From positions 9,418 to 73,417 of the forward strand of contig LNJC01000002.1 in the NCBI GenBank assembly GCA_001587575.1: DNA of 64,000 bases, in the 5' to 3' direction. The notes below the pieces were generated by a model. It was not told the origin of the DNA and searched no databases. It saw only the letters and a list, made by a program, of their open reading frames with translations. Each line of letters starts with the position of its first letter. The stretch's first letter is position 1. Source of the DNA: Candidatus Methanofastidiosum methylothiophilum (lineage in GTDB: Archaea > Methanobacteriota_B > Thermococci > Methanofastidiosales > Methanofastidiosaceae). Positions 36,732 to 46,457 of this stretch are shown here, one piece after another. Both the position numbers and the translations under genes were made by a program.

Positions 36732-39563
36732 TTATTTAAAATAGATATGCATACCAGGTTTTCTTGGAATAGCCTTCTTTCTATCATTTCCCGGATCTTC
36801 TTTGGGGTCTATGTTTACTTCGGTTTTGAATTCTTCCATCAAGAATTTCTTTGCTTCGTTTAGTACTTCTTTTTCATCGAATCTTTCTGGGAAATATCTA
36901 TTCTTAAAACATCTTTGGATTATGAGATTTACATCTTTTCCATTTTTCCTGAACTCTTCATTTGACATCGCAGTTTTTATAGCTTCGCCCATATTCTCTT
37001 TTGTTTTAATAATTTCGATAAGATCCCATTTCCAATTCTCAGCAGTATATATTTCAATTTTCTCTAAGGATTTTTGTTCCCCTCTTGACAAAACACTGAT
37101 TATTTCTCTTATATCATTAACAACTTCTTCAATGTAGTACTCACTTTCTTCTGAAATTTTATCAATCATTTCTTCTCTATATTCAGGCCAAGAAGCATTT
37201 GAGATAAAAGGCTCAAATCCCAGTTTCTCCCAAATTTCTTCACAGATATGCGGTGTAAAAGGTGCCAAAATTAGTGTCTGTGTTTTTATAACTTCAGAAA
37301 TAACTTCTTTATTTGGGGAGTTAAGACATCTTTTCAGATACCACTTTAAATCTCTTTGAAGGTCAAAGAATCCTTTTGAGAGAGCAGTTCTGAAATTTGT
37401 ATCGTTCATGGCTTCAGTTGTTTCTTTTATTGCTTTATCTAAAACTGATAAAAACCACCTATCAATGTATAGTTTTTCGGTTCTACCTTTTCCGTAATTT
37501 TCTATACAAAAATCCTGCCAGTTCTTTAATTTATCAGTTATAGTTCTTGCAAATTCACTATCCCAGTTGGGGTCATCAAGGCCTTCTCCTCCGTTCATTA
37601 GAGTAATCCTTGCAGCATCAGCACCATACATCTTTACGATTTGCTTTATGGTGTAGAAATTACCTTTGGATTTGCTCATTTTTTCTCCATCTACTAAAAC
37701 CCATCCATTTACCCCAAACCCTTTAGGCCAGAGTTCTTCTGGGAATATTGCAGCATGATTGAAAATACAGAATGAAAGATGATTTTGTATTAAGTCCTTT
37801 CCACTGTTTCTGAATTCAAAAGGATACCAATACTCAAACTCCTTCTTCATATCTAAAATTAATTCTTTAGATAATCCACTTTTAGCTGAAACTTCTTCTA
37901 AATTACCAAGTTTCAAATAAACATAATCAAAGAAATAATCATCAAGTTTTTGTGGATCTATTTTATATGAAGGATCTTCAAAGAACTTGGCCAGGACATA
38001 ATAGGCCATATAGATTGTAGAGTCTGAAAGTGATTCAATTACCCATTTTTCATCCCATGGAAGTTTTGTTCCAAGACCAAACTCTCTAGTACAAGCCCAG
38101 TCTTTTAACCAGTCAAGAACATACTCAAACTGTTTTCTTGCTTTTTCAGGATAGATGTTCATCTGAGCTAGACATTTTTTTGCTAAACCTTTCCATTCTG
38201 GGCTTCCATAAGCCAAGAACCACTGGTCAGATACAATCTTGACTACACCTTGAGTAAGGCACCTACATACTACTTTTCCAGGTAGCTCGAAAAACAATGA
38301 AGCAACGCCACTATTGACAAAGTCAGTAACAATAATTTTTTTGACGTCTGAAACTTTTATACCCTTATATTTTCCAGTTCTCTCGTTTAGTATTCCTTGG
38401 TGGAACTCTTTCTTATATATAATATTTGTAGCTTCTTCAAGTTTATCTACATCTTCTTGCGACGAAATTCCCATCTTTTCGGAAATTTCTATTGCAGGAT
38501 TTTTTCCAAAGTCTTCAACAACTATCAAAGGGATAGGTGTTATGTTCCTGACAAGAGAATCAGGAACTCCGTATTTTGAAGGATTTGATTGGATATCTTT
38601 TAATGCAATATAATCATAAGGGGCATGTGAAGGAACAGACATTACAACTCCCGTACCTATTTCTGGAGATACAAATGTGGCAGGTAGTATAGGGACCCTA
38701 TCCCCTGTCAAAGGATTTTCACAAGATTTTCCAATCAGTTCTTTAGAATCTAATTCCTTAATAATATTAATCTTATGTTTTTGATTTATTAACTTCTCAG
38801 CGGCAACTGGAGAAATAATCCAGATTTCGCCGTCAACTTCTACTTCTAAGTATTTTGTACCCGGATTCATCCACATATTGGTTACACCAAAAACAGTTTC
38901 AACTCTATACGTAGCAGCTGGGAGTATCTTGTTTTCAAACTTAAATTTAAGTAGTATTATCTCTTCAGGTGTAATGCCCTCTCCTTCAAGTCTTGCATGA
39001 TCTCCTATCGGATTGTTACATTTTGGGCACCAGGTTACCGGATGTTCACCTTTAACTACAAAGTTCTTTTCTTTTAATTTGTTGAATTGCCATCTAATAA
39101 ATTTATCATAAAAGGGATTTAGTGAAGTTGTAATGAAGCTTCGTCTCCAATCTACACATAGGCCTAAGAGTTTTAGATCTTTAATAGACTCTTCGGGGAA
39201 ATATCTCACCCAAAATTCAGGATCTGAAAATTTAGGAATTAATTCTTTTGGAACTTCCATCTTTTCTAAAATATCAATTTGTGATTTTTCACCATCTCGA
39301 ACTCTTTCAGCAGCTGCAACAATTGGTGTGCCAGTTGCATGAAAACCAAAAGGAAACAATGTATTGTATCCACACATTCTTTTGTACCTTGCAAATACTT
39401 CTGCCCGCATAAGAGAAAACGAGTGCCCCAAATGCATGAATCCATTAACGTAAGGATAAGGGAAATTAACAAAAAATTTTTTCATGTCTTTAGGGTCAGA
39501 ATAAAAAATTCTAGCGTCTTCCCATTTTTTCTGCCACTTTTCTTCAATTTCCAAAAGAATCAT
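36732..39563 (-). CDS. leuS: Leucyl-tRNA synthetase (archaeal type)
   Basis: HIGH-type motif (FMHLGHSFS), KMSKS motif and CP1 editing domain. 943 aa. Confidence 0.9.
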   Translation of the reverse strand: MILLEIEEKWQKKWEDARIFYSDPKDMKKFFVNFPYPYVNGFMHLGHSFSLMRAEVFARYKRMCGYNTLFPFGFHATGTPIVAAAERVRDGEKSQIDILEKMEVPKELIPKFSDPEFWVRYFPEESIKDLKLLGLCVDWRRSFITTSLNPFYDKFIRWQFNKLKEKNFVVKGEHPVTWCPKCNNPIGDHARLEGEGITPEEIILLKFKFENKILPAATYRVETVFGVTNMWMNPGTKYLEVEVDGEIWIISPVAAEKLINQKHKINIIKELDSKELIGKSCENPLTGDRVPILPATFVSPEIGTGVVMSVPSHAPYDYIALKDIQSNPSKYGVPDSLVRNITPIPLIVVEDFGKNPAIEISEKMGISSQEDVDKLEEATNIIYKKEFHQGILNERTGKYKGIKVSDVKKIIVTDFVNSGVASLFFELPGKVVCRCLTQGVVKIVSDQWFLAYGSPEWKGLAKKCLAQMNIYPEKARKQFEYVLDWLKDWACTREFGLGTKLPWDEKWVIESLSDSTIYMAYYVLAKFFEDPSYKIDPQKLDDYFFDYVYLKLGNLEEVSAKSGLSKELILDMKKEFEYWYPFEFRNSGKDLIQNHLSFCIFNHAAIFPEELWPKGFGVNGWVLVDGEKMSKSKGNFYTIKQIVKMYGADAARITLMNGGEGLDDPNWDSEFARTITDKLKNWQDFCIENYGKGRTEKLYIDRWFLSVLDKAIKETTEAMNDTNFRTALSKGFFDLQRDLKWYLKRCLNSPNKEVISEVIKTQTLILAPFTPHICEEIWEKLGFEPFISNASWPEYREEMIDKISEESEYYIEEVVNDIREIISVLSRGEQKSLEKIEIYTAENWKWDLIEIIKTKENMGEAIKTAMSNEEFRKNGKDVNLIIQRCFKNRYFPERFDEKEVLNEAKKFLMEEFKTEVNIDPKEDPGNDRKKAIPRKPGMHIYFK

Positions 39564-39668
39564 CTGCCTTCATTTAAAACACGTTTTTTAAACTATATTT
39601 AAAGGTTTTTATTGTTCATATGTTTAATATTAAATATATTTTTTAGAATTATTATCGCTAATTAGCGA

Positions 39669-40046
39669 TTGACGAAACATTTATATACTATAAATAAACC
39701 TTTTACTCAAATTCCTGAAGGTGTAAAAATGAGCAAAGCTATGAGACCATTTTGGGGTATTGTCTACTTTATAGGGTTGGTATATTATATTATTGTTTCT
39801 GCAAGAGATGTTTTTATTCAATGTATCAACGGTAAAATCGATCCACAAGTCATGGAAATAGATACAATTCTTAACAGGCCTGTATCGATGACTATTCTTG
39901 CAAACAGTATCACTCTTACTCCTGGAACTCTTACTATTGACATATTCCCCGAAAAGCAGAAATTACTTGTAGCAGTTATTTCTCCAAGAAGTCAAAAAGA
40001 TGTTATTCCCTTTGAGGGGTGGATAAAAAAGATGGTGGAGGATTAA
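39669..40046 (+). CDS. Ehb/Mbh-type hydrogenase membrane subunit, MrpE/MnhE-like. The likely true start is the ATG at 39729 (MSKAMRPF).
   Basis: MrpE-family signature TLTPGTLTID. It is the first gene of the hydrogenase operon. Confidence 0.55.
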   Translation: MTKHLYTINKPFTQIPEGVKMSKAMRPFWGIVYFIGLVYYIIVSARDVFIQCINGKIDPQVMEIDTILNRPVSMTILANSITLTPGTLTIDIFPEKQKLLVAVISPRSQKDVIPFEGWIKKMVED

Positions 40047-40379
40047 ATGAATAAAAATAATATTTTATTAGTTATTATTTTAGCCGTTATATTGGTGGCT
40101 GGCCATTATCTAAATCTTAAAGAGTACTATGTTTACGTTATGTTAATAGGACTTGCTGTAGCTATTGTTTCTGGTCTTAGAGTTACTACTTTTAGGGGAG
40201 TATGTAATTCCTTAGCTGGTGCAAGTGCTGCTGAAATTGGAGTGGCCACAGGTTTCATGATAGTAGGAAAAATGTATGAAATTCCTTATTTTTCTGATAT
40301 CGCAATTTATTTGCTCTTACTTGGTCCAGTAGGAACATTGGTCATATCACGGTTCTTTAGAGGAGGGATTGCCGAATGA
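40047..40379 (+). CDS. Hydrogenase-associated small membrane subunit (Mrp-like)
   Basis: 110 aa, 3 TM, operon position. Confidence 0.45.
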   Translation: MNKNNILLVIILAVILVAGHYLNLKEYYVYVMLIGLAVAIVSGLRVTTFRGVCNSLAGASAAEIGVATGFMIVGKMYEIPYFSDIAIYLLLLGPVGTLVISRFFRGGIAE

Positions 40380-40663
40380 ACATATATTCTTTTATGGAGC
40401 TAATACTTCCTTATTTCTATCTAATCGCAGGAATAGGACTTATTGGAGTTGCTTTAGGACTTTTTAGATTTGGACAGAGAAAAAACATAGTATATGCAAG
40501 ACTTCATATCTTAGGTGTTATGGATGTCGTATGCATACTTGTCATCATTTTCCTTGGAAATCCAGTAGCTATTCTAGCTGCTTTAGCTCACTTTTTCCTG
40601 ATGCCCTTTGCAGTCCATTCTATATCTTGGGCAGATTTAACGGAGGCAGATGATTATGTTTGA
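40376..40663 (+). CDS. Hydrogenase-associated small membrane subunit (Mrp-like)
   Basis: 95 aa, 3 TM, overlapping start/stop. Confidence 0.45.
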   Translation: MNIYSFMELILPYFYLIAGIGLIGVALGLFRFGQRKNIVYARLHILGVMDVVCILVIIFLGNPVAILAALAHFFLMPFAVHSISWADLTEADDYV

Positions 40664-40892
40664 TTATATATTGTTATTTGCGGTGGCTTTGTCAGCCTTA
40701 ATGGCAATAATACAGGAAAATTTATACAAAAGTATTATTATCCTTACATTTGAAAGCTTTTCCTTAGCAGCAATATTCCATTTCTTACTCGCCACAGATG
40801 TAGCCGCTGTACAAGCAATTTTAGGTGCAGCACTACTACCCGGTCTATTCATAGTAGCGTTATACAAAACAACCCAGGGGAGGGATGAGTAA
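40650..40892 (+). CDS. Hydrogenase-associated small membrane subunit (Mrp/NuoK-like)
   Basis: 80 aa, 2-3 TM. Confidence 0.45.
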   Translation: MIMFDYILLFAVALSALMAIIQENLYKSIIILTFESFSLAAIFHFLLATDVAAVQAILGAALLPGLFIVALYKTTQGRDE

Positions 40893-41297
40893 ATGGAGCC
40901 ATTTCAAGTAGGTTCTTTCCTTACGGCAGGAGTACTAATAGTAACAGGTCTATGGGCCCTATTAATGATGGACAATATTCTAAAGAAAATAATCGGTGCA
41001 AACTTAATTGGTGACGGAGTTAATCTGGTCTTGATTACAATTGGGTACAGACCTGGAGGATTCATACCTGAAGTCATGCACCATTTCCATGCCACTGCAA
41101 CACCTTCTTCCTATTCACATCTATTAGAATTTGGTGAATTTGCAAGCAACGCTTCTTACTCTCTTCCTTTTGCGTTAGTTCTTACAAACATTGTAATCGG
41201 TGCATCTACACTTTCTGTAATGTTAGCACTTGCAGTTGTCTTGTATAATAAATACCATACACTTAGTGTTCATAAAATGTTTGAGGGGGAAGACTAA
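40893..41297 (+). CDS. Hydrogenase-associated membrane subunit
   Basis: 134 aa, 3-4 TM. Confidence 0.45.
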   Translation: MEPFQVGSFLTAGVLIVTGLWALLMMDNILKKIIGANLIGDGVNLVLITIGYRPGGFIPEVMHHFHATATPSSYSHLLEFGEFASNASYSLPFALVLTNIVIGASTLSVMLALAVVLYNKYHTLSVHKMFEGED

Positions 41298-42767
41298 ATG
41301 TTAAACAATAGCACTTTGATTCCATTAATGGTTGTGCTTCCACTAATAATGGCAATATTGGTGAACTTTCTTCATCAAAAAGACAAGTCAGTTAAATTTA
41401 TCTCAATAGTATCTTTGATTGTCTTTGTCTTTATTCCTGTAGTTACTCTTTATGGAGTACATTTATTTAGTGGCCATCTTAGAACTGGAAGCTTCCCTGA
41501 AGTGTCGAAAATACTAATTCCTGAAGTATATATGGGAATTGTATATTCTTACGGGGCTGTTCAGAAAATATTAATGGTAGTTCTTACAATACTAACAGGA
41601 TTTAGCGTTTTGGCTGTTATTAACAAGAAGATGATTTCGGGAGTCTACATGGCCATGATTTTCATAAGCTTAGCTGCATCTAGCGCCATAATTTTAGCCG
41701 ATGATATATTCAACTTCTTCGTTTTCACTGAAATTCTTGTAGTTGCTCAAGCAGCACTCGTGATTGCAGTTCAAGAAGCAAAAAGTTTCAAAGCTGCTTT
41801 CAAATACATGATATTTGGGACAATATCTGGAGCTTCAATTCTATTGGGAATAGCACTTCTTTTGGGATCATATGGACTTTTGAACATAACAGACTTATCT
41901 CACGCTATACAGGCTGGAGGAGCATTAACTCCAATAGGGCTAGTTGCTGTAGCATTATTGACTTTAGGATGGCTATACGAATCCGGTCTTTTCCCATTTC
42001 ACATAATTAAATCTAATATTTATGAAAATGCAAGGCCAGAAATATCTGCTTTGTTACAAGTGCAGTCAAAGTTTGTTCTAGTCGCAATGGCCCTAATCCT
42101 CTTCAGGGTTTTCTCAGGATATGCACTGTTAAAATCTGTGATTCTAGGATTTGCAATTTTTACAGTTGTCATAGGTTCAGTAATGGCCTTACAACAGGTA
42201 GAACTTAGAAAACTTTTGTCTTTTGTGGCCGTATCTCAAGCAGGTCTTGTAGCAGTAGGATTTGGATTGGGCACTCCTTTTGGTATTGCCGCAGGTATCT
42301 TCCATGCAATTAACGATGTTTTGAGTATGGCAATACTGTTCTTTATTGCAAGCTTTGTTTACGATAAATTCAAAACAACAAAACTTGACGAACTTGGAGA
42401 AGGATTGCAAGTTGTTCCTTTAGTTGGATTTGTAATGTTATTGGCAACTCTAGCTATCTCTGGAGTTCCACCATTTAACTCTTATCAGAGTGAATGGAGG
42501 TTAATACAAGCTTCCGCTCAAGCAGGAGTACCTGAACTTGGTATACTTGTGATATTATTGAGCGTAGCAACTTTTGTGGCAATAATAAAGGCATTCTATA
42601 TGATATTCATGAAGCCAGGTTCAAAAGTAGAAGTGAACAAAGAAGTCCGTGGAAACTTGACAAAAGCCATAATCGTAATTTTAATATTAGCGTGTCTTCT
42701 AATAGGATTATTCCCGAATATGGTATACGATCCAATATACAATTTTGTTGTTTCCTTGGGGGTGTGA
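41298..42767 (+). CDS. Proton/cation-translocating antiporter-like subunit (MrpD/NuoL/NuoN family; EhbF-like)
   Basis: 489 aa, ~14 TM. Conserved NuoN/MrpD core (LSFVAVSQAGLVAVGFGLGTP...AGIFHAINDVLSMAILFFIAS). Confidence 0.65.
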   Translation: MLNNSTLIPLMVVLPLIMAILVNFLHQKDKSVKFISIVSLIVFVFIPVVTLYGVHLFSGHLRTGSFPEVSKILIPEVYMGIVYSYGAVQKILMVVLTILTGFSVLAVINKKMISGVYMAMIFISLAASSAIILADDIFNFFVFTEILVVAQAALVIAVQEAKSFKAAFKYMIFGTISGASILLGIALLLGSYGLLNITDLSHAIQAGGALTPIGLVAVALLTLGWLYESGLFPFHIIKSNIYENARPEISALLQVQSKFVLVAMALILFRVFSGYALLKSVILGFAIFTVVIGSVMALQQVELRKLLSFVAVSQAGLVAVGFGLGTPFGIAAGIFHAINDVLSMAILFFIASFVYDKFKTTKLDELGEGLQVVPLVGFVMLLATLAISGVPPFNSYQSEWRLIQASAQAGVPELGILVILLSVATFVAIIKAFYMIFMKPGSKVEVNKEVRGNLTKAIIVILILACLLIGLFPNMVYDPIYNFVVSLGV

Positions 42768-42770
42768 TAA

Positions 42771-43082
42771 TTGTTAGATAGAGTATACGAAATATTTCAT
42801 GAAAAGATGAAAGATAAAGGACAAGGAATGGGTATTGGTAGTGCCCTTACATCAGAGTTCCTAATGTTGTCATTCCTTCTAATAGGAACAATATTGGTTC
42901 TAAGAACAGCAAATTCAACTATTTTAGGTTTTGGAGCGTTAATAATATTAGCAGGGGTACTATTTACAGTTCCAACAGTATTCAAAGTAGAAAAAGAAAA
43001 TACTGATTCCATAAACTTATCTTCGTTTTATGTCGCTCTTACACTTGCACTTCTACTTATTATATTCCTAGGGGGGATCTAA
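42771..43082 (+). CDS. Hydrogenase-associated small membrane subunit
   Basis: 103 aa, 2-3 TM. Confidence 0.4.
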   Translation: MLDRVYEIFHEKMKDKGQGMGIGSALTSEFLMLSFLLIGTILVLRTANSTILGFGALIILAGVLFTVPTVFKVEKENTDSINLSSFYVALTLALLLIIFLGGI

Positions 43083-43880
43083 GTGAAAACAAGTGATTAT
43101 CAACAGGGAAGAAACATCATTGCAGGCGTGTCATTAGTAATTGCTTCATTTGTAATACTTAGAACACTTTTCCAGTTTAGCGACTACTTGATACCAGGTA
43201 TGAGCTACCTTTACAATTTATACAGTGGTAATATCGCCCCTAATGTCATTACAGTAATCCTATTTGACTTTAGAGGTTACGATACTTTAGGAGAAACTTT
43301 TATCTTAATAACTGCAGTAATAACAACTACAATTGTATTTGGTTGGGGATCTCTAAAAGGATACAAGAAAAAAGAAACTCCAGAAATGACAGAAAAATCA
43401 ACAGTCATTCAGAGGTTGATGGCATTTCCTTTAGCAATATTTCTAGTAGCTTTTGGAGTTACAATAGTACTTGGTGGGCACATATCCCCTGGAGGAGGTT
43501 TCCCGGGGGGAGCAGTAATAGCTACAGGATACTTCTTGACAGTTGTTATCTACGGTCTTAAGAAAACACCTCTAAGATTCACCCACAGATATCTTGTTAA
43601 TCTCTCTACAATTGGAGCTTTAATATTCTTATTAACTGGGGTATTAGGACTTGTAGCCACTACATATTATTACGGAACAGGTTACTATCTTTACAATACA
43701 GGTGTTGATCCGTACGATATTATCCATGTTGGGGCATTTGGATGGGATAATTTACTTGATTACCCAGATCCAACTCATCCCGGAATTTTACCATATCTCA
43801 ACATTGGGGTTGGATTAAACGTTTTAGCGGGTCTTTCGCTAATAGCTATGTTCTTAATGGAGGCGAGAAAAGATGAGTAG
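43083..43880 (+). CDS. Hydrogenase-associated membrane subunit (MrpB/MbhG-like)
   Basis: 265 aa, multi-TM. Confidence 0.4.
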   Translation: MKTSDYQQGRNIIAGVSLVIASFVILRTLFQFSDYLIPGMSYLYNLYSGNIAPNVITVILFDFRGYDTLGETFILITAVITTTIVFGWGSLKGYKKKETPEMTEKSTVIQRLMAFPLAIFLVAFGVTIVLGGHISPGGGFPGGAVIATGYFLTVVIYGLKKTPLRFTHRYLVNLSTIGALIFLLTGVLGLVATTYYYGTGYYLYNTGVDPYDIIHVGAFGWDNLLDYPDPTHPGILPYLNIGVGLNVLAGLSLIAMFLMEARKDE

Positions 43881-44154
43881 CGAAGTTGCAGCTTTAGGAC
43901 TCGCAAATCAATGGGGTCCAATTTTATTTGGGCTTGTCTATGGAATTATCATTGGATACAAAGTAAACTCTGAAGAAATAAAGAGTAAAGCAAATTACAT
44001 TATAGTATTAGTTGTAGCTCTATTAATTGCATCAGCACTTGGTACGTATCCAGATTATCAATGGACCTTATTTGGCTATATAATTAGGTTCTCTGAAGCA
44101 TTCTTTTCAACTGTGATTGGAGTCTTCATTGCAATGATCATTAGGAGGCAATAA
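43873..44154 (+). CDS. Hydrogenase-associated small membrane subunit
   Basis: 93 aa, 3 TM. Confidence 0.4.
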   Translation: MSSEVAALGLANQWGPILFGLVYGIIIGYKVNSEEIKSKANYIIVLVVALLIASALGTYPDYQWTLFGYIIRFSEAFFSTVIGVFIAMIIRRQ

Positions 44155-44155
44155 G

Positions 44156-44545
44156 ATGTATATTACCAATGATAAATGTAACACTGCAAAGAAATGTGTT
44201 GAAGCATGCCCTACTAACAGTATTAGAATAATTAATGAAAAAGCTTTCAGCTGTGTCACGTGTGGCAAATGCATGGAAGTATGTCCAGTAGATGCTATCT
44301 TCAAAAACAGATATGGCGGCTATATTGTAGACAAGGAAAAATGCATTGGATGCGCTATATGTGAAAAGAACTGTCCCGTTAGTGTAATTAAGATGATTAA
44401 GTACAAGGACAAGAAAGTCCCAGAAGGCATATGTGCTATGTGCAATGTATGTAGGGATGTATGTCCAATGGGTGCAAGAGTTAATGTCGAAGGGAAGCTT
44501 AGGTTTAATCTTGAGTCAATGACAATAGAAGAGGTGAAGAGATAA
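44156..44545 (+). CDS. Ferredoxin with ~4 [4Fe-4S]-type Cys motifs (EhbK-like)
   Basis: CxxCxxCxxxCP repeats (CVEACP; CVTCGKCMEVCP; CIGCAICEKNCP; CAMCNVCRDVCP). Confidence 0.7.
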   Translation: MYITNDKCNTAKKCVEACPTNSIRIINEKAFSCVTCGKCMEVCPVDAIFKNRYGGYIVDKEKCIGCAICEKNCPVSVIKMIKYKDKKVPEGICAMCNVCRDVCPMGARVNVEGKLRFNLESMTIEEVKR

Positions 44546-45525
44546 TGCCAAAGCAGAAAGAAAGAGATGGCGGACCAATTCAATCTAAAGGAAAAGCTAA
44601 ACTCTTAAGCATAGCCATAGATGAAAAAAGATGTGATAAGGGTGGCAGATGTACCTACTATTGTCCTGCAAATGCAATAAAATATGAAGCAACACCTGGG
44701 ATATGCACACATTGTGATGTATGTATGGATGTATGTCCTGTTGGAGCAATAAAAAATTCCTTTATTGATTATGGAAAATGTGTTTCTTGTTATACATGTG
44801 TTAGAGAATGTATTAATAAAGCAATAGTAATTGAAAATCACAGACCCAAGATAAACAAGGGAGAATCAAAAAGAAAACTCTATTACTGTAATCAATGTGG
44901 ATTATGTGTTGAAGCATGCCCAACTGATGCTTTAAAGTGGGAAGGTGGAAGGATAAGATTTGATACAGTAACATGTATTAATTGCAATCTTTGTGTAAAA
45001 GCCTGCCCAACAAAAATCAAGGTAAACGAAAGAGAGAAGATGTTTACAGGACACTGTATCTTATGTGGTATTTGCACTACAGTTTGTAAAAAAGATGCAA
45101 TTAAACTAAATTACAGAGAATGGCAAGGAGAACACGAAGGATGTGTACAATGTGGCATCTGTAAAGAAGTCTGTCCAACTAAATGCATAGAGGTCGATTT
45201 GAACGGATTTAGGGTTAATCTTGAAAAGTGCGTAATGTGTGAAACATGTGGAGCATATTGCCCAATGAATTGCCTTCCAAGAAAGACTAGAGATCACAAA
45301 GAAATCAAAGGTGGTACCTTAACTTACAATGATGATTTATGTATAATGTGTGAGCAGTGTGTCAAAATATGCCCTGCAGATGCAATCTCTGTCAAGTCAA
45401 AGAAGCTTGTCTTTGACATGGATAAGTGTATCAGATGTGGTGCTTGTGATAACATTTGCCCAGCTTATGCAATAAATGTGCAGACAGATTTTGAAGACAG
45501 AACCATCAACGGGAGGTCAAAATAA
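44545..45525 (+). CDS. Polyferredoxin (~10 [4Fe-4S] motifs; EhbL-like)
   Basis: Ten CxxCxxCxxxC(P) motifs read directly from the translation. Confidence 0.75.
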   Translation: MPKQKERDGGPIQSKGKAKLLSIAIDEKRCDKGGRCTYYCPANAIKYEATPGICTHCDVCMDVCPVGAIKNSFIDYGKCVSCYTCVRECINKAIVIENHRPKINKGESKRKLYYCNQCGLCVEACPTDALKWEGGRIRFDTVTCINCNLCVKACPTKIKVNEREKMFTGHCILCGICTTVCKKDAIKLNYREWQGEHEGCVQCGICKEVCPTKCIEVDLNGFRVNLEKCVMCETCGAYCPMNCLPRKTRDHKEIKGGTLTYNDDLCIMCEQCVKICPADAISVKSKKLVFDMDKCIRCGACDNICPAYAINVQTDFEDRTINGRSK

Positions 45526-46010
45526 TGAAAAGTATTTTTTTAATATTTCTTAAGGGTATATATGTGAACATCCTTAGAATACTTTTTGCCGCTGATAGGG
45601 TAACAAGTAAGGATATTAGAAACTCAATACTTCAAGGAAAAGTAAAATACCCTCAAGCAATAAATGATGAATCTTGTATAGGATGCGGTGGATGTGCCAA
45701 TATCTGTCCAGTAGAAGCAATTGAAATGGTACCTATCGAAAAACCAATCGAGATAGTCAAAGGATACACAAAAACACAAACTCCTAAATATGATCCTTTA
45801 AAATGCCTTTACTGTTTTTGGTGTCATGATAACTGCCCAATTTATGCATTCTACGGAAAACCGGGTGCAATTCATCCAAGAGAAGTTGGAGAATTCAAGG
45901 CAGATCCTTCAAAACTATTAAAAGAACCAATTAAACTAAAAGAAGCTCAGATAAAAGAAATCATTGAGATAATGGCTAAGGATTCCTCAAAATATTTTGA
46001 AGAGGTGTAA
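45525..46010 (+). CDS. 2x[4Fe-4S] ferredoxin-like subunit (NuoI-like)
   Basis: CIGCGGCANICP and CLYCFWCHDNCP motifs. Confidence 0.6.
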   Translation: MKSIFLIFLKGIYVNILRILFAADRVTSKDIRNSILQGKVKYPQAINDESCIGCGGCANICPVEAIEMVPIEKPIEIVKGYTKTQTPKYDPLKCLYCFWCHDNCPIYAFYGKPGAIHPREVGEFKADPSKLLKEPIKLKEAQIKEIIEIMAKDSSKYFEEV

Positions 46011-46013
46011 AAA

Positions 46014-46457
46014 ATGTTAAAGAAAATATCTAGAAAAAATGCAATTCATGTCATGTTGTTTTACACAGGTGGATGTAATGGCTGCGATATCGAAGTTGCT
46101 AACGTTGCTTGGTCACCAAGATACGATCTTGAACAGTATAAAGTTATCTTAACATGGAATCCAAGAGAAGCTGATGTGCTAGCAGTAACTGGTCCTGTAT
46201 TAAGAAGGACTATTGAACCTTTAAAGAAACTTTATGAGGCAATCCCTGAACCAAAGATTGTTGCCGCTGTAGGATCTTGTGGAGTTAGATGCGGTATATT
46301 CAAAGATTTTGGCGGAGAACTTGGAGATAGTGACGAAGTTCTTTGCAGAGTGGACGAAGTAATACCAGTTGATGCTTATATTCCTGGGTGTCCGGCAAGG
46401 CCTGAAGACATTATTGCAGGTATTGCAGCAGGTATACCCTTATTATTGGAGAGGTGA
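46014..46457 (+). CDS. [NiFe] hydrogenase small subunit, NuoB-like (EhbM-like)
   Basis: 147 aa. Proximal-cluster cysteines GGCNGCDIE ... GSCGVRCG ... GCPARP. Confidence 0.75.
   Translation: MLKKISRKNAIHVMLFYTGGCNGCDIEVANVAWSPRYDLEQYKVILTWNPREADVLAVTGPVLRRTIEPLKKLYEAIPEPKIVAAVGSCGVRCGIFKDFGGELGDSDEVLCRVDEVIPVDAYIPGCPARPEDIIAGIAAGIPLLLER

Noticed and set aside
39669-39728. N-terminal extension (MTKHLYTINKPFTQIPEGVK) of the first hydrogenase membrane subunit
   Set aside because: The internal ATG at 39729 is preceded by a GGTG Shine-Dalgarno-like element and begins the hydrophobic MrpE-like domain, so the extension is probably not translated.
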